Numbered from the stretch's first letter, positions 25,008 through 39,710 are shown. The stretch is DNA of 64,000 nt from the human T2T-CHM13v2.0 reference genome, Homo sapiens (GCF_009914755.1 NC_060935.1); one strand, 5' to 3'. Notes: generated from the sequence alone by a model not told the origin. Made by a program: numbers and translations.

Positions 25008-27118
25008 CAATGACTGTCTTCCTCAAGTAGGTTACCAGTCAAATGCTCAAAATACCAATGCTACTAGATTTCATATCAATTATTTATGTTAAAGACAAAA
25101 TCCTGAAGTATTTAACAAATTGTTGCAGTCTGTGACGCCCATAACAATTGAGCGTAGCCTGTTATAGTGGACTTGTAGAGAGCAATGGACTTGAAGTCAG
25201 GAGTTTGAACACTTGTTTACTGAATATGCAACTCTAAGTCAGTTTATGAACTTCTTTGGACCTGTAAAACACCTGCTTTCCCGGCTGATGGGGTCTCTGG
25301 AAAATCTATAAAAAACACAGCTAGAAAAATATTTAGTGCACACAGCGAGCTAGTTCTCTTGTGACCTACACATGAAAGATGTCATTGTTATTATTTTTCT
25401 CTTTGCAATTACAGCTCCATCCTTTACTAGGAATTCTTTGTGCTTTACGTCTAAGGACATGATAGTAATTCGTTCCTCAAATATTCTGAGTACCTACTGG
25501 TACTAGGCACTGTGGATACTGTAAAATCAGAGCAACAGGGTCAAAACTTAACTCAGAATTAACTATTTAGAAGGCAATGGAATCTGGAGTTTGCTTCAGG
25601 TTTCAGTGTGCCACACAGGTTAATTCTTTTTAGTATAGGTGTCAGGGTAAAATAGGGAAAGCTATAAACAAACAATAGTAATACAACAAACGTAAAGGAG
25701 ATATTGATTTGAAATAAAAATAGTACCATGAGATTTACCTTGAGAAAAATGGGTACTATAAAACCTGTTTTCTACATTTTGAAAAAACAAAACACATGGT
25801 TGTGAAATGAGAAATTCAGATGATCAGCTTAACACTCACAGTAAACATGCCAAAGATCTGAAAACTATTGCATTTGCCACATTCCACTGTTTAGAAAGAG
25901 TTGGATGTCTGGAAGGGTATAGAACAATTAGCTGATGATGGAAGGGCATTTTCCACTTTGTATTGATACACTTTGATTTCCTTGAGAAGACATGGAAGTA
26001 AAGGTTTACAGTGAATGACCTTTCCCCTCGATACTGATAGGCATTACCAATACCAATATTGTTCTAAGGGCAGAAAATGTTCAGTAAATCTGGACATCTT
26101 TGACGAGTCATCCCACCACTTAGCATACACTAGTTGAGCTGTGGTGTTTCACCTGTTTTCCTTTGGAGAAAAGCTGCTATTGGAGCCTGAACCCATAGTC
26201 TTAAAAAATCTCAGCCTCTTTGTACTATGGATTTTATGGAAGACTAAATCAGTCATATCCCCTTCATTTGAAATGGTTCCCTTCCTTTTTTACAAGGTAT
26301 TCTAAGGAGATTTCAGTTTTTCTGTGTTTGTATTGCCTTCAACAGAATCTTTATAATAAGCCTCTAGTGGATTTTGGGTGGGTGAACATTAAATGACTTA
26401 TACCTTCTGGAACATTTTAGTATTGGATATTGCACTGGAACAGGAATTAGGAGATATTGGTGAGTGTGTGCAATTTGTTTCAAGTGGGATTTGCAGAAGT
26501 AACCTGACTTATCCAGGCTTAAGTTTCCTTCTTTGCAAAATGAATGATTAGGATGAACATATCTCTTAGATCACTTTAACTCAACTGATACTGTTGAGCA
26601 ATTAGGTGTCAAGGATACAAACATTTCTGGAATCCTATATTCAAGTGCATTAATAATTTCCTATTATTCTATGAAATGCAGCTTTAGTCAGGTAGAACAT
26701 CTCACTATTTCCAACATACAACATGATTATTTTCCTTCTTTTGACTTTTCCTGTGGATTCTTCCTCATCTGGCATGCCTATTTGATCATATCTGAATATC
26801 TAAATCCCACTCATATGTCAAGGACAAAGCTTAAAAGTCTGGCGTAATCACAATTATGTACTATATCTCTTTTAGAAACACATAGAACTTACCAAAGAGG
26901 TTACTACACTCTAAATATCTAATTAATACTAATCCTAATAGCTTAGTTAATAACTTTTTAGCTTTTAGCATTTCAAAATTCTACAATAAATGAATCAGAT
27001 ACTGTTTCCCAAAATAATGTAATTGTGAACTATTATTATATTGGTCTTGAGTAGCTCAAGCATATTTCCTCTACTTCTAAATTTAAAAAGCAACATTTAT
27101 AATATTTGTCTTATGCTG

Positions 27119-27491
27119 TGCAGTAGTCTGAATGCTTCTACAGCCCATCCCCCAAATTCACATTTTGAAATGCTAACCCCCAATGTGATGATAGTATTAA
27201 AAGCTGGGGTCCATGGGAGGTATTAGTTCATGGGGCTGGAACCTTCACTAATGAGATTAGTGCCCTTATAAAAGAGATTCTACAGAGATCCTCACCCCCT
27301 TTTTCCACGTGAGGACATATAGAGAAGCTGCCATCTATGAACCAGAAAGCAAGCTCTCTCCAGACAATGAATCTTTGGGCACCTTGATCTTGCACTTTCC
27401 AGACACAAGAACTACAATAAATAAATTTATGTTGTTTATAAGCTGTCCAATTTATGGTATTTTGTTATAGCAGCAGGATCTGACCAATGCA
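27119..27491 (+). mobile_element. MaLR solo LTR, MLT1A/A0-type
   Basis: ccccaaattca...gattagtgcccttataaaagag...tatgaaccagaaagc...tatggtattttgttatagcagc. Confidence 0.88.
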
Positions 27492-27849
27492 GCTTCCTAC
27501 GTAAGGAAATGAGGTACCTAACCAGACATTCTTCTTTAGCAGTTTCAACCAAGTAAAATTTTAAGCATGGCTAACACTGGAAGGTCACATAAAGAAAGGT
27601 TTACATGACATCATGCTTTTGTCCCAAGGAGATTTTGTAGCCTGAGCATCAATGGGAAATATTTTAAAATAAAAGCCCATTCTCTAAGAAAATATTACAG
27701 ATAAAATGCACAAACCTTCCAGTGTTGACAAACAAAGCAAATAGCAAGCATTTCTGAAGAACATATTGAAGTCATCCAAAAAAGACATCTAAAATCTCAA
27801 ATTTGAAAACTGGGGCAAAACAAGGCTGAGCACTACACATAAAGTCTTC

Positions 27850-28437
27850 ATAAACACTGAAGTAGCAAATACAGAACCATTGCTCCTAGAAGAAATAGAG
27901 GGTTAGGTTTCTGGTTCTAACGTTTTTGTCAATTGATCAATCACCTTATGTTTTGTGTGTTTCTAGTTAAAGATACCTCATTTAATATATATTTTTGATT
28001 CATTAATATTGAACTCACAGCAGGCACTATGATTTATGCCTGCAAAAAACATATCTAACACATCTATTTTCTCCGTAAGGCACATGACAGTCTTCTCGCA
28101 CTGAGGAACACTAGATAGCACTTCAGCACTATAATCAGGGCCCGTTTTAAGCAGCCAAGTCATCAACAAGAAGCACGAAATGCAAAAAACATGGCATAAA
28201 TAGACCACAAAATGGACACATGTTTACAGTATGAGAGATGAAACAGGAAGGCAGAGTGCTGCCTTGTTTGAATTCAGCTGGAAACATGCTGTTCAGAGAA
28301 CTCAAATTTTTCACCACTCTGCTCATGCCTGTGAGTGATTGCAAAAGTGAAGTGCATATTGATTTTGAGGTTACAAATAAATTTCAGCAAGTAGGCAAAT
28401 TTGCAAATGTGGAGCCTGCAAATAATGAAGATGATTG
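27850..28437. mobile_element. MER82-like TcMar-Tigger DNA transposon
   Basis: gaaccattgctcctag...ggaacactagatagcacttcagcact...gcaagtaggcaaatttgcaaat...aataatgaagatgattg|ta. Confidence 0.75.
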
Positions 28438-28612
28438 TATTTGTTATGAGATCTGTTGAATTCCAATGCTCTTTTTCTTCCCCACCTCCTAATGAAAGGA
28501 GCTTTATACTTCTCTTGCATATAAAAGTGATGCACTATCATGTAGAAAAATAAAGCCATACAAAAATATTTTTTATCAATAGAAATTACGTCACCAGAAG
28601 TCAATACCTTTC

Positions 28613-28687
<75 letters not shown>
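28613..28687. repeat. (TATGTA)n hexanucleotide repeat, ~12 copies
   Basis: Directly visible. Confidence 0.97.
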
Positions 28688-28695
28688 ATTTGTTT

Positions 28696-29072
28696 CGATA
28701 TGGTTTGGCTCTGTGTCCCTGCCCAAATTGAACTGTATTGAACTGCCTATATTGAACTATAATCCCCATAATCCCTATGTGTGGAGGGAGGGACCTGGTG
28801 GGAGATGATTGGATCACAGGTGTGGATCCCCTTCTGTTGTTCTTGTGATAGTGAGTGAGATCTCATGAGATCTGATGGTTTTACAGGTGTCAGTTCCTCC
28901 TTGTTCACGCTCTCGACTACCACCATATAAGGCATGCTTCCTCCTCTGCAATGATTGCAAGTTTCCTGAGGCCTCCTCAGCCATGCAGAACTGTGAGTCA
29001 ATTAAACTTCTTTCTTTTATGAATTCTCACTCTTGGGCATTTATTTATAGCAGTATGAAAACAGACTAATAC
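28696..29072 (+). mobile_element. THE1 solo LTR (THE1D-like)
   Basis: gatatggtttggctctgtgtccc...gaactgtgagtcaattaaac...gactaatac. Confidence 0.9.
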
Positions 29073-30409
29073 CTGCATATATACGTATTTCCTATAAAAT
29101 ATCCTTGTGTTTTAACAAGTCTGGAAAAGAATAATTGCAGAACTTTTCCCTTAAGTATTGAGTATAGCTATGTGGAGTCATTTTAAATGGTTGCATGATA
29201 TGCTTTCACTAATCTCCTATTGATAAACATTTAGCTTGCTTCTAATATTTATCTATTCTGAACACTGCTGAAAATTCACCGATCTCTGTGTATATGTCCA
29301 ATTACATTTGCAAAAATATTCTAAAAATACAATTTAGATTTAAATTCCTACTAAACTGCTCTTAAGAAATGTTTTCCCTATTTTAACCATTTTCTATCTA
29401 ATGTTGCATATGCTACAGTGTCAATTCTGTTTAACTTGATGTTTGGGGTTATGACCTAAGTTATTACCTGTTAGCATGGGAAAATAAATAATCACATCAC
29501 ATTATTCACAACCAAACATTAGTAGATGATCTGGTACAAAAAATAATTACCAGAAGAATTGCAAGAGTATATAAGGTAAAGATCCAGTGCTGATCAATTC
29601 TGAAAAAGTGGCAGTGGTGGCAGCGTAGCTTTGGAGTCTCTTTAAATCTCCAGACTGAGGGGCTAGTTAACAAAACCAAAACTCCACAGAGATTATACAC
29701 AATATAACTAGGGGGCAAGGTATCAAAAACCAAGCAGGCTCTCAATCGAAAGGGCTGAATGTTATTAACATCTATGTGGAAGAAAACTGGAAACCAACCA
29801 AGTAGGCTGATGGACCTGAGAATAGGAGAATTCCAAAACAGTGACATCTGGAAAGAGCTTCAGGTTAATTTGAAAACAGCAAGTATTGGGAGGAACCTTC
29901 CCCACTCCAGTAACAACAGAGTGCAAGGGGCTGACTGTAAGAAGGCATGATGAGAACGGGGAAGTCTAACAGCTTTTGTGAAACTTCAAAACTGACTTTT
30001 TTTTCCTTTGTTTTCCCTAACTCTCAGGAAAAACTATTGGAAGCAGCTTCAAAATTTAGCAAGCTAGGGATAAAGGAGATAGGAGAAACTGTTCAAAAAA
30101 AAAAAAAAGGAGAAAAAACAAAAGTGGAGATGGAAGTGAAACAGAGTTTAGAATGCTCACAAAGTCCCCACATTTCTAAACACTACATAAAAAAAAGTTC
30201 TATAAAGTTAGAAAAGCTTCTCTAAACCCCACATTTTTCTAAAGTTTGAAAAAAATTGTACCATATAAAAATGAACAAAAATGCATCGGGTTAAATTCTG
30301 TACAAATTATTATAAGAAAACAAGAAAATAAGAGTATACCTAGCAATAAATATACCTACCACTCATAAAGATATGCTCAAGAGTATGACTATTATTTCAG
30401 AATAAACTC

Positions 30410-30713
30410 AGCCCGGCATGGTAGCTCATGCCTGTAATTCCAGCACTTTCGGAGGCCGAGGCAGGCAGATCATTTGAGGTCAGGAGTTTGAAACCAGCCT
30501 GGCCAACATGGTGAAACCCCATCTCTGCTAAAAATACAAAAATTAGCTGGGTGTCTGGCTGTGTGCCTGTAATACCAGCTAGTCAGGAGGCTGAGGCATG
30601 AAAGTTACTTGAACCTGGTAGGCAGAGGCTGCAGTAATCTGGGATCATGCCACAACATTCCAGTCTGGGGAACAGAGTAAGACTGTCTCAAATTAATTGA
30701 TTAATTAATTAAT
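30410..30713 (+). mobile_element. Alu SINE (old AluS/Jb-type); tail converted to (TTAA)n
   Basis: Full dimer; tail reads aattaattgattaattaattaatt. Confidence 0.93.
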
Positions 30714-31276
30714 TTACAATTCACAAATCCACATGAGATGGTAGAACACAAGAAAGCAGATATAAAATAAAAAAGATCACTTCAGATAGAAACAGAGAAT
30801 AAAATAGAAAGAACACGAGAAACACATCAGAAAATTCCTTAAAAGAATAAATGGAGGAAAAAACAAAAAAATTGAAAAGTAATAAAAAGCATCTGAGAGA
30901 TGGTTTCAAGTACTAATGGAGCAGACAAAAATGAGAAAACAGAAGTCTCTGAAGGAGGAAGCTGAAAAGAAACACTAAAAATTATAATTTAATAAAATTT
31001 TCTTAAAATGAAAATAAGAATTTAAAACTACATGTTGGAAAAGTGCAATACATATCTGAGAGTTTAGTACACAGTTGACCCAGCCACAAAACACTAAACT
31101 GAAACATAGTCTAACTTTTTTTTTTTAAAATTCAGGAAAAAAAAATCAGGGGTATGGGTTCTGGAGGTGATTCTAAAGGAAAAAAAAAATTTTGATCATT
31201 ATCAAACTTTTTTATCAGCATCAATGTATGCCAGAAAAAAATGGGATCACGTATTTTATATTTTCACAGGGGAAAA

Positions 31277-31569
31277 TTTTTTTTTGAGACAGGGCCTCTT
31301 TTGTCACCCAGGCTGGAGTGCAGTGGCACAATCTTGGCTCACTGCAGCCTCAACTTCCTGGGCTCAGGTGATTCTCCTACGTCAGTCTCCTGAGTAGCTG
31401 GAACCACAGGTGTACACCACCATGCCTGGCTAATTTTCATATTTTTTGTAGGAATGGGGTTTGTTCACCCATGTTGCCAGGCTGGTTTCTAACTCCTGGA
31501 CTCAAGCAATGACCTTGTGTCATCCTCCCAAAGTGTTTGGATTACAGGCCTGAACCACGGTGCCTGATC
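31277..31569 (-). mobile_element. Alu SINE, AluJ-type
   Basis: T-tail, gagacaggg..., actgcagcctcaacttcctgggctcag, ctcaagcaat. Confidence 0.93.
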
Positions 31570-31794
31570 AGCAAAGCTCCATAATATTAAAAGCAAAAAG
31601 TAGTATTATAAACTTGTAAGGACTCAGAAAACATTGTTGCCAGGAGCCCTTCCAGCGGAATCTGTGAGTGGATCAGATAGCTCTACTCACAAAATGACAA
31701 AATGTTAGTGGTAAACATTAAACACAGCTTCTTGTAGGTCCCCACTAAATGAGTGTTCAAGGGAAAGAGGTTCCATGTAATGATGATACACACA

Positions 31795-32405
31795 GGTAAT
31801 GTAGCTCATGAGACCTAGTTGTACACATTTCTTTGCAATTCTGTTTTCAGAGATTTCACCTTGGTAACTTGAAATTGGCCATAGTGGGAATATTTACACC
31901 AAGGAGACCATCGAATGCTACAAAGCAGGGCTTTTTGCTTTGTTTTGTGTGTATAAATGTGGTTGCTCAAGATTTACTGTCTTGGTTGGGTTGGGCTGGG
32001 CTGCCATAACAGAATACCATAGACTGAGTGGGCTTAAACCACAGAAATGTATTTTGGGCCAGTTCTGGAGGCTGCAAGTTTAAGATTAAGGATTGTAGTA
32101 GTCAGGGCTTTCCCCTAGGAGTACAGACTGCAGCTGCCTTCTCGTTGTGTGTTCACATGGCATTTCCTCAATGTGTGTGTGTACGTGTGTGTCCTTGTGT
32201 GTTGCAAGGGTCACTTTCTGGTGTCTCTTCTCATTAGGACACCAATCATCTTGGATTGGGGCCTCATCTTTTTGACCTCACTTAATCTTAATTACTTTCC
32301 TAGAGGCCCCGTCTGGAAATACAGCCACATTGAGGGTAAGAGTTTCAACATCTGAATTTGCAAGATGGGGAACATTCAGTTCATAACATTTACCGGTTCA
32401 CACTG
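31795..32405. mobile_element. MER63A-like hAT DNA transposon, split by MLT1
   Basis: ttggtaacttgaaattggccatagtgggaatatttacacca...gctacaaagcagggc; resumes tttacc...cactg after the LTR. Confidence 0.7.
31978..32388 (-). mobile_element. MaLR solo LTR, MLT1A/B-type
   Basis: TG...CA termini; perfect 5-bp TSD tttac; gctgccataacagaataccatagactg. Confidence 0.88.
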
Positions 32406-34685
32406 CCAATACAGTACCTATTAGCATGCATAGTGCCTAGATTATGGTCTTGAAATACTGCATCCTGCTAAAAGGAGATCACAACTTCTTGGAGAAGTGG
32501 CTGATTTCAGGTTGAGACATAAATGTAAATTTCCAAAATGATAGACAACCAGACCTTATGGGCCTCATTTAGGAAGGACACAATACCAGTACTATTGCTG
32601 GCGGGATCAAACCTGAATCTGCTCAAGCCTCAAGTTCACCTACCAATTTGTAGAAAATACAGAGCCCAGAGGAACATATTTAAATGTACCATGAGTACGC
32701 AATCTGCAAAATCCAGAGACTGTGAGAAACTACAGATTAAACATTGTGTAGATAAAGAACAGGATGTATATTTAAAGGATACATTAAATCAAAATTTTAA
32801 AGTGGCACGGATAAAGGATGGTATTTTGAAAGACAAGTCTGGGCTAAAGCACACACACAGAGGAAAGTGATTACTATAAAAGTGAGGGTACTAATTGCAT
32901 AAAGGAAGGGAGAGGGTTGAAACTGGAGGGGACCACAGGAAAGGGGCCTCTGTAATGGTTGGCAAGGCTGTATTTCTTGACCTCTTGGCTTCACCATACA
33001 TCTGATTTGTGTGATTCATTTTGCGTTTTATTTTGTGATTATTGTGTGTTTTATTTTGAAATGGATTATTTTTAAAAGGAGCTAATTTCTCAAAATACAT
33101 GAGGAATCTCCCAAAATATCTGGATAAGACGATGAAGAAATGTGATTATCAAACTAGAAACTAATACTCGTTGTAATTTCATACTTTAAATATAATATGC
33201 AATAACTAAGTTATTTAAATAAATATAAGATGCCAAAACAATTAACTAAAGTATTAAAACTTTCACCAAAGAATGTTTTTTGCAGGGCTTCAGATCTTGC
33301 CAAACAGTAATCTAAGTGAATTTCATCAATGAATTTTTTTGTTGAGTTGGCTGAATTAACTATTGTCTGTCATATTTGAGACAAAGACTTGAAACATCTG
33401 AGACAAAGGACTTGACTAAATCGCCTTGATAACAGTATCTACACTGTGGTTTTTTGAAGTGAATACCATACAGAAATGGCAAGAATTAATGTGATAACAT
33501 ATAAAAATTGGTAACATTTTTAAAAGCCCTTATTATAAGAAAGTTCTCACAAAGTTCACTCAACAAATACCTTAATCTACAGTTCTTCAATGAGGTTTAT
33601 CCAAGCTCCAAGAACAGACCAGGCTGAGATGGTTACCATCCCCACATCTGAGGAGAGTATTTACACCTGCATGGTGATTTATTACTTGGGATTATATTCG
33701 TGGGTCAAGTCAAACAGTAATTCACGTGTTTCCTTTCCTTTCATTCGTCCAGCCGTCTTCATCCCTATTCCTGTGTGCAATGGTCTCGCTGCCAGGCAGG
33801 TATGGAAGTTGAACTTAAGTTGTATTTCTGGGATTGAGGGAGGAAGGGCAGTGGTCTACCATATAAAAGAATTAGAGCAACCAGGTCACCTTGAAAGCAC
33901 CAGAGAGAAAAGGCATCTGGCTTTGAAACTGTTAGCCTCAGGGGAGAGTATCCTTAGGTTAACAGTTGTGAACCCTTATTAGGGATCACCTGGAATCCAG
34001 ATCACAGAGGTTAGGAAGCATATTAGCAAGAGGAGTCTTATCTGGGGGCAAACTACTTTGTGGAGTCTTTCAAGTTCCCCAATGTCTTACCCTGGAAAAC
34101 TTTATGAAGCAATTTATATAATTCAGAGCCCTCCAGAATTTAGGATTTTGTATTATTGTGGATATTTGATCATATTTAGCCTGTATTTTTCCTCCAAGTT
34201 TCTCTTCATTATATCCTGCTTTGGTCCCCATTCTTGGAAACCATAAATTTATTCTTACCTTGTAACTTTGATTTTTAAATAGGCTTCACCCACTTAATTA
34301 TTGCCTATTCATGTTGTGTTTACTTAGCTTTGCTTTTTCTAAGTCACCCTCATTATTGCCTTAATCAGGACCCTGTGCTCCTGTGAATCACCTACCTACT
34401 AATGTCATCACTGATAGTAAAGTGCCAGAACTCAGGGATAATTATTGTTTTGCATTTATATTATTATTACTTTGCATTTACATAGCCTCCTTCTTCATAT
34501 GGTATTTTATTGACAGTCTTTTTCAATTCTCATTGAGCATATTAAAGAAATCAGAGCATTGTGTAAAGAAATGAAAGAAGAGATTTCATGGAAAATTTGA
34601 ATTCATTTCTTCATTTTTAGATGAGAAAATTGAGTCCAAGAAGGGCTGACTGAATTGCTCAAAGATACTTGTTTGTAGCAGAGCC

Positions 34686-34716
<31 letters not shown>

Positions 34717-35531
34717 CATTTTCCTGACTTGGCCACCACAAATTAGTTTTTGAAATAATGCAATATATAAATACATTAATAAATAAAGAATAAATTATGA
34801 CTCGCAATCTTTAGTAACAGCTATACAATTGTGGCTACTGTTTGCTGAATAAGACATTAACATGACATCCTCTGAGGACAGCTATTACCTGAATGTGTTC
34901 ACTCTGGGTACCAGAGGCTTGATGGGTGACTTCTCTCAGACAGAGATACATATCTGTAACATATCTCACGATGAGGAACAGAATAGAGAATGTCTCACTT
35001 TAACCCTGTCCAGACTGAGTTTCTTCTGTGTCCCATGGCACTCTGTCCGGTGTTGCCTTTCTACAGCAGACTTCTTAATACTATATGCAAATAATGAGAA
35101 TCAACTGTACTGACTTGGCTATTGCTAGTGATTTAGCGTCTTTAAAACTGCTTCCCCATCCACAAAATGACCACCGTGGTACTTACCTCCCGGGATTGCT
35201 CAAAGGATTAAACATCATAGTATTTGTTGATACATGCCTTCTTCAACTGCACTTGTCTTCTTCCTGAACCCTCTTACACTATCATCTTATACTGGTGATT
35301 TTTTTTTTAACTCTGCAACCCCATGCTTCAAATAATTGCTACCGGTAACGTATTTTATCTTTGCTGGAATGTCTGAAGCCGCTGGAAATTATAGAACTTC
35401 CAACTCTGTCATGTCAAGTACTATGAAAGTTAATAGGATTAATTTATCTTTAATAAAAGTAATGTAAAGTAAATGTTTGTTTTAGGAAAACATTCCTGAG
35501 AGTTCTGTTTTAATGAGAACTTGGTCAATAA

Positions 35532-35862
<331 letters not shown>

Positions 35863-38059
35863 TTTTTTTTTTTTCAGTTCTTTTATTTGCCTAGCATGAT
35901 TTGCTGCTTCTTTGAGGGCAGTTTTGAACCTTCGGTTTCAATGGGACTGGGTCTGGCTGATGACTAACAGATGTGTGTCTGAGAACAGATAAGGGGAACA
36001 TAATCGCTCAACTCCTAGAAATCCCTGAAGATGAAACTAGATCTAAAGCTTAAACAAAGAGCAATTTCCTACCTACCATTCCTTGGAGAACTGATTTGTG
36101 AGATGTTAGCATCTGGCTGAATACTTAGTAGCAGCTAATTTCAGGGAATCTAAAGCCAGAGAGATTCAGGTTGAAGGACTTGTGGGATAGTTTCATAAGT
36201 AGCATAAAAGAAATATGATCAGCTAGAATTCCATCCAATTCAATAATTTTCTAGTGCTGTACAATTGTTTTTTCAAAAAATTCTGTTTTCAAAAAGTGAC
36301 CTTGGATAGTACTTCAAAAGACCATACATATATGGTAATATTTCCTTTTAGATTTAGTAATTTTCCTGAATTATTACACATTAAGGTCTGTTTTTTCCTA
36401 GGAAAAAAATTGGGGATCAGGAAGTTTAAATATGGTCTAAAGCAAAGCATGCACACAGTGAGTTTGAACTCAGTATCAATATACATTTTGAGATCCTGAA
36501 GTTTCCTTTGTACATTTATAACTTGCCAGGTATTTAATAGATCACACACTGAATAGAGATGATTTCCTTCACCTTACACCTTATATTTAAATATAAACAT
36601 ATTCACTAAACATATTCTGTAAGACTTTTATTATTGTAACTGTGAAAAGAGTGAGTTTACCTTTGACCAGTCAAAACCTTCACCTCTTTGAGATGTCTAA
36701 TTTAATCAAATTCTGCAAATGAAAAACTAGGACTTTAATTAGACTGACTGTAAGCACAGAGCATGGTTTGGTGGATATGAGGCCATGAGTTGATCACTGG
36801 GAAACCAAGGGTCTTGACATGTGATTTACATGTATATGCATACATGTGTATATGTGTAGGACAAAGGAGAGAATGCATTTCTAAAGAAATGGGATGAATG
36901 ATGTGTGAATCATGGCAAGAATCATGAAACATGAATCATGAAACTGCAAGGTTGAATCTGAAACAGAAGTGTCCAATAATGAAACATTTAATATAGAATG
37001 ATCGTTAAGATTCCTTAGTATTTTTATAGTGAAGTGGTACCAACTGTTTGTACCATTTGGAATTCTGGTCAGAGTCACAGTAGAGCATTGGCATTTTTGT
37101 CTGTTTGATTTGAGGGTCTTTTGGGAGATACATGAAAGTTCTGTTGGATTGTAGTCATGCTGACCATTCTAGGCTAATATATCAAATCATGTTAAGGAAA
37201 GTTTCAGGACTTCTTATATAGAAATCATGTTTTATGGGATTTCGGTGAGACTAGAATGTTTCAGTTGCCACTGAAGAAATACTTTCAAAAGTCATTAATG
37301 CCTGTGTCCTTTCACTGGATGGAATGTGCTCTCAGCAAAACTAAGGATTCAGCATCTGTAACTATGGCTTAGGGTGGAGCAAGTATACAATGCCTTCCTA
37401 ATTTTAGAAATGTTCTTCATTTATCAGTCAGCCAGAAGGGTTTTAAATGTATCCACTTTGTTGTAAATTCAGTATCAAGCAGACTAGAAATCTTATAAGA
37501 GAAATAGAACACAGAGTTGTTACCATAAAAAAAGTTTACTAAAGTAATTGAATGTTACATAGTTAAGGATGAAAAATTTTAACTAAACAAAGTCAACTTG
37601 AATCTTAATTTCTAATGAAATCATATTAAATGTCCACCCAAATTTCAATACTATTTCCCAATATAGTTTTTTTTTAATTTCCAGGTATTTTTTGTTTACC
37701 TAGTACCCTCTGGTTTAGATTTCTACTTCCTGCAAAATTTTCATTATTTAATTTACAACATGCTAGTGTAGGTTTTTGATGATCTGGTGTCACCATTTTT
37801 GTGCTACAGCTTTTCTCATTACTCTGAGCATATGCTGAGCAAAATTCACAGGAGGTTTTACTTGAGTTTAAAATAGGGTAACATCATAGATCCATAGAGT
37901 ATATGAATTAAAATGGAATATTAGATACAACTAGGTAAGGACAGTGGACTGAGCATTTGCATTTATCTCTTTTAAAACCATACTAAATAAGAGTAGTAGG
38001 ATTTTTTTGAAACAATGTAAACTCACAAGAAAAAAATGAGAAATAATAGCAATATTTTA

Positions 38060-38660
38060 AAATAAACTTTATTTATTAGAAGAGTTTTAGACTTATAAAT
38101 AAATTATAAAAATAGTACAGAGATTCTCATAGGCCCCATACCAAGTTTCTTCTATTATTAATATGTTATTTTAATATGATACATTATTACAATTAATTGA
38201 CTATATTAATTTATTGTCATTAGAGTTCATACTTCATTCAGATTTCTTTAGTTTTTACCTATTTGTTCCTTTCCAGGATTGCATCCAGGATATCACTGTA
38301 TTTAATAATGTATTTAATAGTCATGCCCCCTTAGGCTCCTTAGGCTCCTTAGATTCCTCTTAACTGTGATAGTTTCTTTTTGTCTTTGGTAACTTTGATA
38401 GTTTTGAGAAGTACTGGTCAGGTATTTGGTAAAAGCACGTTTGTCAATCAGTATATTTTCCTGATGCCTTTTGATTTTGTAAATAGATGTTGAAGAGGTA
38501 AAGGGTCATTTTCTCCATATTATATCCAGTGTATATATTATCAACATGACTTGAGACTGTTAAAGTCGACCTTGATCACTTGGCTGAGGTAGTGTTTGTG
38601 AGGTTTCTCATCCATCAAGTTATTCTTTTTTTCCCTGTTATGTCATCCTCCTTGGAAGGA
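38060..38660 (-). mobile_element. L1MC-type 3' end
   Basis: gagttttagactta...ccaggattgcatccaggatatcac...gttttgagaagtactggtcaggta...ccttgatcacttggctgaggtagtgtttg. Confidence 0.75.
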
Positions 38661-39619
38661 AAGCAATAACATTTTGTGAGCTAGGAAGCCAACAAAGAAA
38701 TGGCCACTGGTATAGCAGACTGGAGCCAAGAATGACAAAAGTGCTAGGGCTTTTAACAATGACTATGCAAACTTTTATAGAATTATCTTTTTTCATGTGG
38801 TATTTTTCCATTATCCAACTTGGAATGGAAGTCCAATGAGAAAATTCAAGACAGAATTTAACTTGAATTGTTGAAATTCCAAAGGCATCATGATTTGGAA
38901 GCAGGCTTATGGTGTGGCTGTTAATGAAGATTCTTCAAAAAGGAATTAGATTCCCAGATAGCTTCCCTTGCTCACCACAACTGGGTAATTTCCCTCCTGC
39001 AGCCAGCAGAAAGTTAGAAGTTAGGACTTTTGTTTGTTGGTTTTTATTTACTATGTTCTTCTGGGAAGTCTAATATAGTAGGACTTTGACATTAGGAAAA
39101 GTTGGGTAATAGAAAAATACCACATGAAAAAAGAGAATTCTAAAAAAGTTTGCATAGTATGGTTAAAAGCGTTAGCACACTTGTCTTTCTTGGCTTCTAA
39201 AATACTGACAGTTGTGCTTATACCCTCTGATTAAGAGTTTGGAATGTCCTTTCTTGATCTGTCCAGCCAGCCTAAAATAAAAAATCTAAAGATACTAAAA
39301 TTGCCCAATATATGACACAGCCCTATTAATTTGTAGTAAAGCTTATAATTTAGAAGTTCTGTCTTTGTGCAAAGGGTTCCAATCACCTAAATAAGTGTAG
39401 AGCACAAAAGAAGCAAAAACAACTTAATATGAAACATGGAGGAAATATTAATTTATCAAAGAAATAAGAGGAATACTTCAACCACACAAGATGCTATTAA
39501 AAGCAACAACCATAAAAAAGGAAAAAAATACAAATGGCAAAAATAAACTTTTGAAAAAGGAGAAATAAAGAACTAAAGTAAAAAGTTTAGTAAGTAAGGT
39601 TGAGGAACTTTTTCAGAGA

Positions 39620-39676
39620 ATATATATATATATATGCACATATATGTGCGCATATATATATTTGCACATATATATT

Positions 39677-39710
<34 letters not shown>

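Larger units (their letters stand above)
29605..33070 (+). mobile_element. HAL1/old L1-type element, fragmented and interrupted by Alus, MER63A and MLT1
   Basis: HAL1-like 5' end (gcagcgtagctttggagtctc...caaaaccaaaactccacag...aactagggggcaaggtatc), A-rich ORF1 remnants, L1MC-like 3' portion 32420-33070. Confidence 0.55.

Noticed and set aside
28371-28817. HIHIHI/MYMYMY ORFs, and low-complexity ORFs at 47662-48151
   Set aside because: Artefacts of stop-free simple repeats.
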